DNA of 64,000 bases, from contig OX597821.1 of the NCBI GenBank assembly GCA_951406725.2, forward strand, positions 3,844,001 to 3,908,000, given 5' to 3'. Source of the DNA: Octopus vulgaris (lineage: Eukaryota). Both the position numbers and the translations under genes were made by a program. Shown here one piece after another: positions 1 through 14,392 of the stretch; within the stretch, counting starts at the first letter, position 1, and each line of letters starts with the position of its first letter. A model generated the notes under the pieces. It was not told the DNA's origin. It searched no databases and was given only the letters and a program-made list of their open reading frames with translations.

Positions 1-895
1 TATTCATATACATTTTGTTAAAACCAATTTACTTCATGCATTTGTACACGCTATGGAAAACACTGCAATTATTTAATACCAAACTCAGAATCAGCCATAA
101 CATTTTTACCCATATCTATTCTCTTATTTGTGAGTTTCGAATATGAACACTCCGGATATGTATCTACCTGACTTTGCAGACCTACTATTAAGGCTTAATG
201 AGATCTCCCTCTCTTTTACAAGACAATATATTTTGTACTTTCGGATAACTACCTATCCATAAAGAAATACAAGGAGCTCCAGTTGTTCTGATCGTCCTGT
301 CTTTCTACTCACTAAGATATATATGCAATTCAATGCAAGTGTTTTATAAATGATTTGATGCTATTAAGGGACACATGTCCATCTATTTTATTGCACTTTC
401 ATTAACTCAAACCATATATTGCCTATAAGCAACTCTTGTTTGCCTTGCATGTTCGATATTCAAGTTTTACTTATCTCGTCATGTATGAACAGTAATTTTA
501 TGTATCTGTGATACGCATTTTTGACACATTCTTATCTAATATAATCACACACATGCATACATACCTAAACATACATACACATCTTTTTGTGTATATATCC
601 ATGTGTGTTTCTGTGTCACCGGACCAAATTTACTTGATAGAATTTGTCGAGAACAATAATTTAATCTATTCAGCTGATATATCATGCATTCCTATTTCAC
701 GTTCATTTGTGTTCGTATGACGTTAAGTGTGTATATGTGTTCCTCAATAGTTACGTGAATGCAGTAATGTCTATCGTCACTTCTGAGTGTGTCTTACTGC
801 GAAATACGAAAAACAAGTTAACACATTCCACAATATTAAGTGTTGACGAAAGTGTTGTACAACCGGTCTAGCATTCGAGCATCTATGTGTGTGCA

Positions 896-952
<57 letters not shown>

Positions 953-970
953 TGTGTGTTTGCACCTCGC

Positions 971-1033
<63 letters not shown>

Positions 1034-1039
1034 TATACG

Positions 1040-1070
<31 letters not shown>

Positions 1071-1828
1071 ATGTATATGTTTATATACGTACATTTTTTA
1101 CCTTGTATCACTTAGACGTCATCGAAACCATTACGAATATTTCTTTATTAAATGAAACTCTACATCACTAAAAGACAATTAGATTCTGCAAATAAATCTA
1201 TTGGATTCATAGCGATTACTTCCATTGTTGATACTAACAAATGTCTCTCCAGTGGAAAATACTCCTTGATAATCTCATTTAGATACAGGAGATTTTCATC
1301 CATTTGCTAAATCTATTTTGAACAGCGTCATTTGTCAATTGTAAATTTAGCAGACGACATCAATTTAGATTGGATTTACTGAAACGTTCATTGATTTTAC
1401 TGTTCCTATGATTACTTTACATTATTATACGTCTCTAAGTTTGCAAATGAGAATATGTTTAAAGAATATAATACTATTTTTATTTATTTTATATTTTATA
1501 TAATTCATTTTACGAAATTTGTGATGGCTGACGTTATCATGCATAGTATGTCAAGTTGTAGCTGCGTGGTGAAAAAGTTCCCGTCGGTAGTAGTTAACTC
1601 TGCATTAAGTGCCTATGTGTGTGTATGCGTGTGTGTGTGTGTGTGTGTACGTGGGCATGTGCGTATGTATTAAAATTTGTTTTTATACACAGTTATAATT
1701 TAACCGTTATCATTATTCTGATACGCCACTCCATACTCTTGTTGAGTGCAAATTTATCATTCTTATATAAGAATGATTTGACAGTGACCCAAAGATGTTT
1801 TGATTTTAACAGACACTGTATAAAAACA

Positions 1829-2054
1829 AGCTGGCAGAAACGTTAGCACGCCGGGCGAAATGCTAATCGGTATTTCGTCTGCCTCTACCTTCTGAGTTCA
1901 AATTCCACCGAGGTCGACTTTGCCTTTCATTCTTTCGGGGTCGATAAATTAAGTAGCAGTTACGCACTGGGGTCGGTCTAATCGACTTAATCCGTTTGTC
2001 TCTCCTTGTTTGTGCCCTCTATTTTTAGCCCCTTGTGGGCAATAAAGAAATAAG
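1829..2054 (+). mobile_element. tRNA-derived SINE family A, near full length
   Basis: Head ctggcagaaacgttagcacg, B-box-like gagttcaaattcc, central gcctttcattctttcggggtcgataaattaagta, tail gccccttgtgggcaataaagaaataag. Recurs at 6974, 17486, 24588 and 41051. Confidence 0.85.
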
Positions 2055-2496
2055 GGACTGTATAAAAGCAAGACTAAATCTAATGCATTGCAATACACCG
2101 ACGGCTTAGGTGGCTGATCCATCGAAGTTACTGTCAACCTCATTCAAGCATCAAAATTATACACACACACACACACACATACATTTATATATCAGAAACA
2201 AATTAAAAGCAATGGTCATTACATATTTTCTTTTATCGGACTAAACTTGGGTTACAGCTGTTTCCTGTATTCATTAAAGGTATATTACTAAATTTTCTTA
2301 ATTGGTCTATTAATCAATTGAGGCAAATTGAACGACATAAGAAAATCAATGTTACACCCATGAGAGATATTTCTGGTTACAATAATGTTAACCTGACGTG
2401 TATATATATATATATATATATATATACACGCACACACACCCACATATATATATGTGTGTGTGTGTGTATGTATATATATATAAATATATATATACA

Positions 2497-2544
<48 letters not shown>

Positions 2545-2681
2545 GGAGTAAACACATAAATGTGAAACAAGGTGGAAAAAAAAGTACTCAAATACCAGTG
2601 TTAGAGTAATATGCTTTATTTAAAGCAGCAGAAAATTCAACAAAATCTGTTACTCTGAGTTTCTCGTTGCCGTTCATCAGA

Positions 2682-2719
2682 CTGTCTGATGAACGGCAAC
2701 GAGAAACTCAGAGTAACAG
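2682..2719 (+). ncRNA. Minimal type-I hammerhead ribozyme motif (mirror copy on the minus strand at 2647-2684)
   Basis: ctgt-CTGATGA-acg gcaa cga-GAAA-ctc a gag-TA-acag: stem I 4 bp, GNRA-capped stem II with an A-A mismatch at its base, tiny stem III, GUA cleavage triplet. Confidence 0.75.
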
Positions 2720-2751
2720 ATTTTGTTGAATTTTCTGCTGCTTTAAATAAA

Positions 2752-2786
<35 letters not shown>

Positions 2787-2924
2787 TAAATAAATGGCAC
2801 AACGAAGTACCGATATTTACTGGAAAATAGCGAACGTAATAAATACGACACTAATGTATAGCTTCACTGCTTATGTACTAGCAAAAATGCGGGTGTGCAA
2901 CAAACTTGACAAAAATTGTCTTAC

Positions 2925-2939
2925 CTCCAGGGAGAACAT
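2925..2939 (-). CDS. Candidate 15-nt phase-1 microexon, (D)VLPG(G/E/D/V/A)
   Basis: Minus strand reads tatttcatctttcag|ATGTTCTCCCTGGAG|gtaaga: near-consensus acceptor and donor, length divisible by 3, and open in frame after the 23581 donor. Confidence 0.45.
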
Positions 2940-3186
2940 CTGAAAGATGAAATACCTAGAAAGGGATAATGTGGTACCGGTTTCAGATTTTTCAAGATAT
3001 GTCTGCCCACATATACTTGATTTATCTTCATCAGCCAACATATACCTCGACAACATTTCAAATGTTGCCACATTCATGCCAATACACTCGACTGAACGCC
3101 AAAACGTTGACAGAACGAGAACAGTGAAGAAGTTTCAATAATACCATTGGTCCAGGAGTTAGATGGTAAATATTTTTATATCTTTC

Positions 3187-3269
<83 letters not shown>

Positions 3270-3273
<4 letters not shown>

Positions 3274-3628
3274 CGTATTTTTGCCATTTCAATATGGCTA
3301 ACCCTTAAGGGTGGATGCTACTGTAGTTTTTAGCCCCAGGAGGACACACTCCTCCAGCTGGCCATAGACACACTTTCTGTGTCTATGACCTCTCGTCAGC
3401 GTGTGACAATCATAGTTGTCGCCGAGAATTAGATTTCCTTCACAAATACTTATACTTTTTCCAGCGTCCACTGTCGCTGATATTGAAAAAGTGAAATCAA
3501 ACAATGATAAATATCAGAGTTAGTTATATACAGTAGCGGCAACACATCGTGACGTATTTTTGCCATTTCAATATGGCTAACCCTTAAGGGTGGATGCTAC
3601 TGTAGTTTTTAGCCCCAGGAGGACACAC
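3270..3628. repeat. Element with identical 80-bp direct repeats next to (TA)n
   Basis: 3270-3349 is identical to 3549-3628. Confidence 0.93.
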
Positions 3629-4244
3629 ATATGCTTGTATAAATGCATATAGTATAAATATGTCTATGTATATTTATATACAGCAAACACAAGACTGTAG
3701 TAAATCAAAATTGGCTTTCCTGCTTCATACTTTACGTATAAACGTCGTAGATAAGCTATGTAGTAATGGATTCGATCTGACACACTTGCTATTTTGCAAA
3801 CAAAATAAATATTGTAGGGATACGGGAACTCATATAACTAGTTATCGGCAAGAACATCGAATAAGTCAAGGCTTTTGAGGCTGCTTCAACGACGTATTTT
3901 CAGCCAGCTTCTTTATTGTACGAGAAATCATCGCTCCTGGAAGCATAAAATACGCGGTGCCCTTTTCACTAGCCGCTGCTGGGACGAATTTTGTCTACCT
4001 CCGGTATTTATTATATACTTGAGGCAACACGCCCAGAAGAGATCTTATATACATTCGTGTACATTATTTGTGTTACATAGACACCTTTATTAATTTAAAT
4101 CTTACTGCATTACGCATATTAATCGGCGGATGGATATTCTGTTTAATGTTTACTCTATGCTTGCAAACATATTCTCTCTTTTCCCCATCTCTTTCTCTAT
4201 CTATCTTTGTGTAATAGTTGTGTCTGTATGTCCCCGCCACTGCT

Positions 4245-4446
4245 TTAAAAATGATGTTGTTGTGTTTGCATCCTCGTAACTTAGTGGTTCGGCAAAATGC
4301 CGATATAATAATTACCAAGTTAAACAAAGGGATACTGAGGTTAATTCATTCGTTTTGGAAAAGATTCAAAGTGGTGACTCAGTATCACTGTTAACTAATG
4401 GCGGAAACACGTAAAAGACCAAATAAAAAGATAAGAGGTAAAAGAG
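4245..4446 (+). mobile_element. SINE family B 3' fragment
   Basis: cgtaacttagtggttcggcaaaa...gaaacacgtaaaaga. Confidence 0.6.
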
Positions 4447-5328
4447 AAGATACACACACACACACAAACACACACACACGCGCAAACACACAAAAACACA
4501 CACCCACACACGCACACAAACACACTCACATACAAAAGCACACAAAAACACAAGCACACAAAACACACTCACACAAACTAACACACACACAAACTCACAC
4601 ATGTAAACAAAAATACAAAAATGCACACACACACACATAAACACACACACATATACAGAATCCAGCAAAAAATTTATACACACATCAGCGAAGGAAAAAA
4701 ATCTATATAAATATTTTTTATCTAGTGTTGCAACTTGTTCGGTGTTGTTGCAATTTCATAAAACATGGAAAGGGGTATTGATATTTATCGGGGTATTTAT
4801 ATATGTTAAATATTTATACAGATATTTCCTTTCCCGAAGTGTGTATAATATTTTTTCTTCTTTTTTGACTGATCCTGTATTTATATATATATATATATAT
4901 CTTAAAATTCTGAGAATTTTTTAAAGGAGCACTACAACGGTTACACATGGAGAATATAATACTGCAAATATATTCAAATTTATTATAAAATTCCTTTGCA
5001 ATTGGACATCATATTTTTCTTGACTGGTTATTTATCCAAGTACATTTACATATCAGACGCTTTGACTAAGTGAATGCACAATGTTTTGGTCGTTTACAAG
5101 TGTCAGACAGATGCATGCCTGTTTGTTGTTCTGTTTTATGTTAATATATTTGGAAATGAAGGGCTCATGGTTTGCTGGTTAGCGTTTTAGATATTCAATC
5201 AAAAAAGGTTTTCTTTTAATTCGTGGAACCTTCTGTGTTCTGTGTCCTTCAGGGAGGCTTTTCATTTGAAATTTATTCTACAATTCAGATCTAGAAATAA
5301 GTGTACCAGAAGAATGGTGCTATGGGAA

Positions 5329-5462
<134 letters not shown>

Positions 5463-6973
5463 GCCTATCTGTCTATTTCTCTGTGTCTCTCCAAATTTCA
5501 GATTTTAGAGAGTCAGATATTGGGAGGAACGAGAGTGCCTGCCCGCCACTACATAAGCACTTAAAAAATTTTCCTTTTCATTATTGCCTCCTATATTCTA
5601 TTGTAACAATTAGCATTATTATGTTGAGCTACTGTATCATGCTACGCAATATATATTAATTCCATTGATATCCATCTTCTACTAACACTGCTATTGCAGC
5701 TGTCGTTATCGCTTCTGTGGTTATATTTCTTATCATCTAAGTGACTCACCTCAACTGAAATCGATGACAATATATGTGACCCCAGACGTCAAATATCTTG
5801 CCATTTTACACTCGGTTTTAGTGTTACTTTAACCTATCGCTGATATTAACTGACAGGAATTTAGGTCGATAACCCGCTGACGTAGAATTATTTAAATTGA
5901 AAAACACCTGAGCGGTGCGTAGAGTAGATGTTGAAATCGAATTTAATGGCTTAGAACTGTTGCTGGGTTGTAGAGAATAGGAACGATATTAAGTGATATT
6001 ATATATATCGCAGTTAGGGTTGTAAATTTGAGAGTCCACGACGACGACGACTACGACGATAATGGGGATAATTATGGTGATGATGATCATCATCATGATC
6101 AAGATCTTGACGATCAGGATGGTGACGGCTATGCTGCTGGTGGTGGTGATGATGATCATGATCATGATGATGATGCCGATGACGATGACAGTGATGATGA
6201 CGATGGCGGTGGTGGTGTGAGTGGGGATGATGATGATGCTTTTAATGATGGCGGTGATGATGATATCGATATTAAACATGATTGTTCAAATGAAATATAG
6301 ACATGTATAAATTATATACACTGCAACGATACACCTCAAATGGAATAAAGTTAAGAGAAAGTCAATAGCAAATTCAAACATGGAAAGAACAAATGACTTA
6401 CTTTTTATAGACTGAATACTGAAAGCATCTAGAATTATTTTTCCCTTCAAGAGTTTCATCAGAGATAGAAAAATAAGTACCTGATGGAAAATTTGTCAAC
6501 AAGTCATCACGACTCGTTCTGGCCTAAGACAAAAAACGATTGAAAATACTTTCTCAATAATGGGGTGGACTAACTAGATAATGTTTTCAGTAACTTAGAC
6601 AATGCATTACTTACAACCTGAATTAAGAGTTTCACGTAATATGTTGGCCACAGGTAAAGACCATAATTTTGAGTAATGGGCGAAATTGGCTGGAACTAAG
6701 GTCGGAATATTACGCTTCCTTTTTATCTATCTATTAAAGTCTAACTTCCTGTACATACTAAAATCAATAACAAATCTCATAAACCCATCTCATTCCCACT
6801 GCTCTAAAAGACTTCTAATTTTGTTGTTCTTGAAATGTATTTATAGAGACACTAGTCTATGTTCCCTATTCATACCATAAAATTCATCTCACATCAGGTC
6901 TATAACGAAGAACTGAGCGAATAACTTTAAAATCTGCTACGTAATATAACGTGACAGAACATATTGGTTTAAA

Positions 6974-7136
6974 ATTTGGCACAAGGTCAGCAATTTCGGT
7001 TGAAGGCCTTCAACCGGTACTTATTTTATTGACCCCAGAAAGGAAGAGAAGCCAAGTGGATCGTGGCAAAAATTAAAGACGGACGCAATACCCTTAAGCA
7101 TTTTCCCAGCATGTTAACGATTGTGACAGCTCGCCC
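6974..7136 (-). mobile_element. SINE family A, diverged copy
   Basis: Reverse complement reads ggcgagctgtcacaatcgttaacatgctggg...ggggtcaataaaataagtacc...gctgaccttgtgccaaa. Confidence 0.65.
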
Positions 7137-7725
7137 TCTTGAATTTGACTAGATTTATTTCAAAACTTTTAGTAAATATGTTATCAAATACACTCTCAAA
7201 TCCCTACCTGTTCAAGTCAGCTACATTTTAAATTTGTTAGTCACTATAAACATTCTTGATCTGATAAATGTAGGAAATTTTATGGCTCATACTACATATT
7301 CTGCTACCATATAAATGATGTTATACAAAGCAATGGATTTTCATTGTGTGGTATGTCTTTGGTCTTCTATAATTGGAGTCTCGTAGGTCATAGTCATAGG
7401 TTTACTGGTGCATATATAAAATGGCGAAATGCTGCAAGTTCATCATAGTTGTCTTGCTATGATAATTAGCAGGAACTAGGGATCAAATTTGAACATATAT
7501 CTGTTGATACAGGCTTCACATTTTGGTTACACAGCAAATTTGAATAGGAGCTAAACAACATATCTTAAAAAGAAATCTTCTGTTGATCCAAGTCTAATAT
7601 GGGATTAGACAACAACTATCATAGTTCTACAACGAGAGGGCATTCAAGTTTACCATAATTCTCCTCAGACAACTGTGATCTGGAGTTCAAAAATTGACTT
7701 ATATAAAATTAACTAGGGAATATCT

Positions 7726-8140
7726 GCTGTGTGGTAAGTAGCTTGCTTACCAACCGCATGGTTCCGGGTTCAGTCCCACTGCGTGGCACCTTAGGCAGGT
7801 GGCTTCTACTATAGCCACGGTCCGACCAAAGCCTTGTGATTCGAATTGGTAGACGGAAACTGAAAGAAGCCCGTCGTATATATATATATATATATATATA
7901 AGTGTGTGTGTGTGTGTGTGTGGTGTGTGCGTGTGTGTGGTGTGTGTGGTGCGTGTGCGTGTGTGTGCGTGTGTGTGTGTGTGTTTGTGTGTCTGTGTTT
8001 GTCCCCGAAAATCGCTTGACAACAGATGGAATAAGTACAAGGCTTACAAAGAATAAGTCCTGGGGGCGATTTGCTCGACTAAATGCGCTGTTCCAGCCTG
8101 GCTGCAGTCAAATGACTGAAACAAGTAAAAGAGAAAAGAG
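7726..8140 (+). mobile_element. SINE family B copy with a small internal deletion
   Basis: Collinear with 31163-31580. Confidence 0.88.
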
Positions 8141-8915
8141 TAACAGTATATTCAATTAACATGCAAATAATAGCAGTGATATGCAGATTCAGTCACTCAC
8201 TAAAGTTTAAGCAGAAGGAGTTACAGTGGAAAATATGCGAAAATGGTTGTGCTTGCACAGTTTAAATTAGCTCAATTTCAACAGAACAATCATGGATCGA
8301 AACAAAATATCCACGATTCGTCCGTGCTTCTTCCAATTCTAAATCACAGAGGTAGGATTAAGATGGGGCAGATTGTGATGTAAAGGATATGAAGAAAGGG
8401 TGATTGAAAAGGCGGAGGAGTAAGAAGGAAAATTACTATATCTGTCACGTTGATTATTGTGATTATTATAATGATGATGATTAAGATGAATAGCACCGTT
8501 TGTATAAAGTTACAAAAAAACATTTCTAAAATCCTAGCAACATTGTAAATACTTTAATAGTTGTAAATGAGTTAAATCATGGAAGAATATAACGGTGAAG
8601 CATTGCTTTAATCATACGGTAATACGAGATTTGATAAAAGATGAGGGAAATGGGAAAATTTGTTAAAAGAACAAGAAGTGGAAGTTAGATGACAAATTAA
8701 ATGACAAAATATAATATGCATTTTGCTGAAGTAAAAGAAACTGTTGTATAAAATTACACATACACTTTACTGTCAAGTCATCTATCAGAATTCCTGCACT
8801 TATACACCATCTTGCACATATGTGTGTGCGTTTGAGTTTGTGTGCTTTCGCAAGAAATTAAATATGTATATATCCACATATGCATGCATGCATTTATATG
8901 ATATTGAAGAATACA

Positions 8916-9049
<134 letters not shown>

Positions 9050-9067
9050 TTATATATATATATATAC

Positions 9068-9116
<49 letters not shown>

Positions 9117-9884
9117 CATATATATACATACACATATACATATATATACACATATACATATATACACACACACACACATATATATATATATAGGCACACA
9201 CACAAATTTATAGGCTTCTGAATATAGGTTGATACTCACTTTTCTATGTATGTATGTATTCATGTGTGTATCTATATAAGTATGTATACATAGATGAGAA
9301 AATGAAAAATGCAGCAAATACTTAGCTTAGAAACAGGAAGACATTTTATTCTAGAAAATGATGTGACAGAAGGCCACTAGGCAATCTTCCTTCACTTTCG
9401 TTTTTAAATTGGAAAAGTTGAGAAGGAAAAATATCCATTTACAACGAAAACAATAAAATGTTAAACAATCATTGAAAGAATGGTTCGTAACGGGTTTGTT
9501 GTTCAATTTTTGATTTCTTCTTAGAATAATTGCAAAGATATTACTGACAATTAAATTGCATACTGAATAATACGGATTTCTTGTTTCTTATTTCAGTGAC
9601 ATTTATTTGAATATATATTATAACATAATATATTATAATATAATGAGGTTTTTGTTTTCACGTTTTTGCTTTCAGTTTGTAACATAGCTGCTTTTTATTT
9701 TTATTAAATTTATATACATTTTAAATTGAGGAAGAAAAACAAAACACGAAAATGCATCAAAATACAAAAAAGAAAGACAAAACCGCGTTTAATAGGTTTG
9801 AATGATGTTATAATGATAATGGCATTAAAGTAACAGAAATGACAATAATGAACATAATACATATAATAATAGCAATGATAACTG

Positions 9885-9887
9885 ATG

Positions 9888-9962
<75 letters not shown>

Positions 9963-9974
9963 GTAATGATAATG

Positions 9975-10005
<31 letters not shown>

Positions 10006-11123
10006 TAATAATGATAATGATAATAATAATAATAATAGTAATAATAATAATAATATTAATAATAATAGTAATGATAATGATAATAATAATAATAATAATA
10101 ATAACAATAATAATGATAATGATAATAATAATAATAATAGTAATAATAATAATAATAGTAATAATAATAATAATATTAATAATAATAGTAATGATAATAA
10201 TAATAATATTTATAAAAGCAGTAGTAGTAGTAGCAGTAATAATGATAATAATGATAATAATATTAATAATAATAACAATAATAATAATAATAATAATAAT
10301 GAGGATGATGATGATGATGATATACCATGCAAGTTTGACAAGCATTAAGATATTCAACTGTGTTCAAAATTCTTGTAATGATGAAGATGGTGAATGATGG
10401 TTCTTCCTGCGACTGATGATGAGGAGGAGGAGGAGGGGAGAAGGAATATGTGATGGAAGCGGCGGTAGATAATGTTTTGATGTGCATTATGGAAATATTC
10501 ATGGTATAATGATGGTGAAGAAGATGGTGGTAATTATACTAATGGTGATTTTAAGGAATATTATGAAGCTTCTTAGTATTATAAGGTTCATGATAAGGAA
10601 AACGACGATGACGACGACGACAATGAATACCGAGACTCCTGCTGGTACTCATGCTGCTTCTGATGATGATGATGATATGATGACGATGATGATGATGATG
10701 GTGTTGGTGATTATGGTGATGATGATGAGGAGGAGGAGGGGGATGGTGATGATGATGATGATGACGATGATGATAATGATGATAGTGGTGGTGATGATGG
10801 TGATGATGATGATGATGAGGAGGAGGAGGATGGTGATGATGATGATGAGGAGGAGGATGACGATGATGATTATTGATGATGTCGTGTTGATGATGTTAAT
10901 GACAGCATGGTGGTGATAACGAGGATGATGATGATGAAGCTCTGGAAGAGGAGGAGAAGGAGGATATGAATGACGGAGATGAAGTGAAGGAGGTTCAACA
11001 AGCTCCTAATCAGAAGGGTAATTACGAACGTGCAGTGAATTCTCGACAGCCGGTCTTATCACCATCGTCATCGTCGTCGTCATCATCATCAACATCAACA
11101 TCATCAACATCATCGTCATCATT

Positions 11124-11173
<50 letters not shown>

Positions 11174-12058
11174 TACCATCTTGAACATCATGGTCGTCTT
11201 CGTCGTCGTAATTATCATCATCAACATCATAAAGTTCAGCATCTTCATCATATGCATTAAATCCTTTATTCAACGATAGGAATCGAAACGTGAGCTAGGG
11301 TGCAGGAGGGAAATCGAATGAGATACGTGTTAAAAAGGTAGAGATGAAGGGGGGGAATACATGCGGAATAGTGTTTGAAAGATTCCTTTAAAACCTATGA
11401 TATAAGAAGATAGGCAATATAGTTTAAGGAGTAGGAACAGGGGGGAAGGGTGAGCAGAGGAAAGAGAAAGATGTGGGGAGGAGGAGATGAAGAAGAAGCA
11501 AGAGAAGGAGGAGATGGAAGAGGAGGAAAACTGGAGAGAGAGAATGAGGAGGAGGAAGAAGAAAAAGAAGGAAGAGGAGAAGAGAATGAGAGGAGAAGGA
11601 GAATGAAGAGGAGAGGAGGAGGGTGATGAGAAGGAGGAGGAGGATGAGGAAGAAGAGCAAGATGAAGAAGAAGAACCAGAAGGAGGAGAAGAAGGAGAAG
11701 AAGAAGAAGAAGAAAAAGGATAAGAAGAAGGAGAAGAAGAAGGAGAAGAGAAGAAGAAGAAATAGAAAGGTAGGACAAAGAAAGGAACGCGCTGGAGGCG
11801 AAAAAGAGAGAAAGGAGAAGGATGCGGAGATGAAAAAGGAGGTGATGGAGGAGTGTGACTGGAGGAGAAGAGGTAAAACGAAGAAAAAGAAGAAAACAAG
11901 AAGGAGCAGGAGAGAAGGGAGGAATACGAGAATGAAAGAAGTAGAAGAGGAAGGAGAAGAAGAAGAAGAAGAAGAAGAAGAAGAAGAAGAAGAAGAAGAA
12001 GAAGAAGAAGAAGAAGAAGAAGAAGAAGAAGAAGAAGAAGAAGAAGAAGAAGAAGAAG

Positions 12059-12087
<29 letters not shown>
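9885..12087. repeat. Trinucleotide repeat complex: (AAT)n, (GAT/GGT)n, (CAT)n, a polypurine tract and (GAA)44
   Basis: (AAT)n 9885-10300; (GAT)n about 10650-10935; (CAT)n about 11060-11230; purine tract about 11440-12087 with pure GAA at 11956-12087. Confidence 0.97.
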
Positions 12088-12090
<3 letters not shown>

Positions 12091-12434
12091 TGGTAACAAA
12101 CTAATAGATTCAGAAGCATGCAGCATGAACGAATCAAGAATCGCGAAAGATTACGTGTGAAATATAAACCAAAAACTAAATACGTCTAAATTTATTTACA
12201 ACGAAAAAGAGATTAAACTGGCTTAAAAATATAAAAGATTAATGGCACTCGGTATTATGCAATTATCTCTGCTAATTATTTGAACTATCTTGTTTAATCA
12301 AAATGGTCGCCTACCATTATATTTTATATTGTCTTCGAACGCAATCTAACATAGTGACATAATGACGTTAGCTAATCTGTGCGTATGCGTTTTTTCATCT
12401 TACGTATTCATTCCTACATATGCGCACATATGTC

Positions 12435-12485
<51 letters not shown>

Positions 12486-13647
12486 GTGTGTATGTGTGTA
12501 TATGTATATATCAATATATATATATGTAAATATACATATGCTTATGCATATATATGTATGTATGCATATATATATATGTATATTTGTATGTATATATACA
12601 CAGACACATATATCTATGTGTGTGTTTGTCTATGGATATATCAATATATATATATAAATACATATATATATATATATACATATGCTTATGCATATATATG
12701 TATGTATATATATATGTGTGTGTGTGTGCATACACACATATATCTATATATGTTGTGTGCTTGTCTATGTATGTATGAAGTCACACCTTTGGCGATGGAT
12801 TGCTAATACAATGTAATTTGTCACCAAACTGATCGTGTGCAATACATCAGAAATCCTAAAAACGTTTTAGAATATAATTGCCGGCCACCCTATTATACGA
12901 AACAAATTCAAGAAATATTTGCGTCAATATCGCCATCTTCTCTTTTCTCTGCGTTCGTCTTACAAGTTTTAGTACCGTTTCCTTTTTTCCATCAGTATTC
13001 TTGTTTATATTTATGATTCTTGAATGCTCTTTTTTTCTAATATACTATAGTAATTTTGTAATTTTATCAGGAAATCTAATTGCAATGAGATCTTATTCTT
13101 GTTCTTTTTATCTATTTTTGGCGGAGAAAATTTTATATCATTAATAAAGCAAATGCAATTCCTAATATATCAGCTACCTGACGCGTATATACATATGTAT
13201 CTGTGTAGTAGTAGTGTATTTGTGTATGTATGCATATGTACATATTCTATAATTTTTTGCGTTGTTTCTACCAAAGAAGTAACGTTACATGTATGCTTCA
13301 TTTCGACATCGAGCATTCCGTCAACTTCCAAAATATCCATTACATCATCTAACGCCTTGTTTTCTTTAACTGGTTAAATAGGTGAGCTGGGGTAATTTTG
13401 CTGCTATTTCTAACAGTATTAAAAAATACTATATCGAAGATCTACTCTCTCTCTCTCTCTGAGGTTTTTAACATAGGTTCGTACTTAATATTGTTTGCTC
13501 TTGTTTTCTGTATTATTTAGGATTTAGGAATCCATTATGAAGGTTATTGGAGTTTTAATGATCACGCATTCTCAGAAATATTACATATGTATATTTACAT
13601 TATACAGTTTCTTTTCCTTCTTCTTAAGAAAGATCTTACATTTCATA

Positions 13648-14392
13648 CAGGGTGCGGTAAGTAAACTGTCGTCTAAATTACGCAAAAATTAAAATAACAC
13701 TGACATCTCATTTTAACAGATATATTTACCAAAATTACATAAAAATATCTTGAAATACTAAAGAGTAAATTGATTCTATAAAATCGCCATTGGCTTCAAC
13801 CACGGCCTCCAGACGACTTCGGAATCATCTGGGCGGTCACCTTGTTTAAGTTGGTGAATTAAGAAGGTTGAAGTCTGTGGGGTAAGGTGACCAGATGTTA
13901 GGAATGATGTGATTGCAGAGATTCTCTGACAGCCATGACTGTGTTTTCCTATTTGTGTTGTATTGTGCTGAGTCTTGTTGCCAGACACAGAATGTTCTAG
14001 TAACCACTCTCTTGAAACAGAGCAGTACTACCGACTTCAGGCACATGACACTGTCCGTGTCTTCGTGTGGGAAGATGTCAGGAGGCATAATATTGCCATG
14101 ACTTGTGATCACTCCAAACACCATGATGTTTACTGAATGATTGATTTTCACCACTCTTGTTATATGTTCTCAGATTGCACTCTCCTCAGATTGACGCACA
14201 GTCACTCTGAAATATTCGTATTGCAGCTTCCGGAGTGAATGTCAAACGGTACAGCATGTTATTGCCAAATTCCTCGAAGGATGAATTGTGTCATGATGCC
14301 ATTTTTCGCACAGACTAACCCTACTGTAACAAACAACGCGCATGTGCCAAATTATAAATATAAAATGGTAACAATTCACCCATCGCTCCTTG
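13648..14392 (-). mobile_element. Internally deleted Tc1/mariner-superfamily transposon (maT/DD37D-like), dead
   Basis: Remnant protein IMVFGVITSHGNIMPP...WQQDSA...TQSWLSENLCNHIIPNIWSP (ORF 13846-14154). Degenerate TIRs cagggtgcggtaagtaaactgt / caaggagcgatgggtgaattgt with TA on both sides. Confidence 0.8.

Noticed and set aside
838-878. Hammerhead-like ttgacga...caaccggtc, and a similar gaaaccgg motif at about 50210-50260 (minus)
   Set aside because: One core box is missing or the stems do not close; too degraded to call.
5750-5754. 5-nt minus-strand microexon (tttcag|TTGAG|gtgagt)
   Set aside because: The splice signals are good, but the length is not frame-preserving and a chance match in 64 kb is plausible. 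It needs RNA-seq.
7560-7690. CR1-like TRGH motif
   Set aside because: A single short motif in otherwise unreadable sequence is insufficient to delimit an element.
10966-11273. Acidic and Ser-rich protein-like ORFs on both strands
   Set aside because: They are explained by GAT/CAT repeats, with no splice support or recognisable domain.
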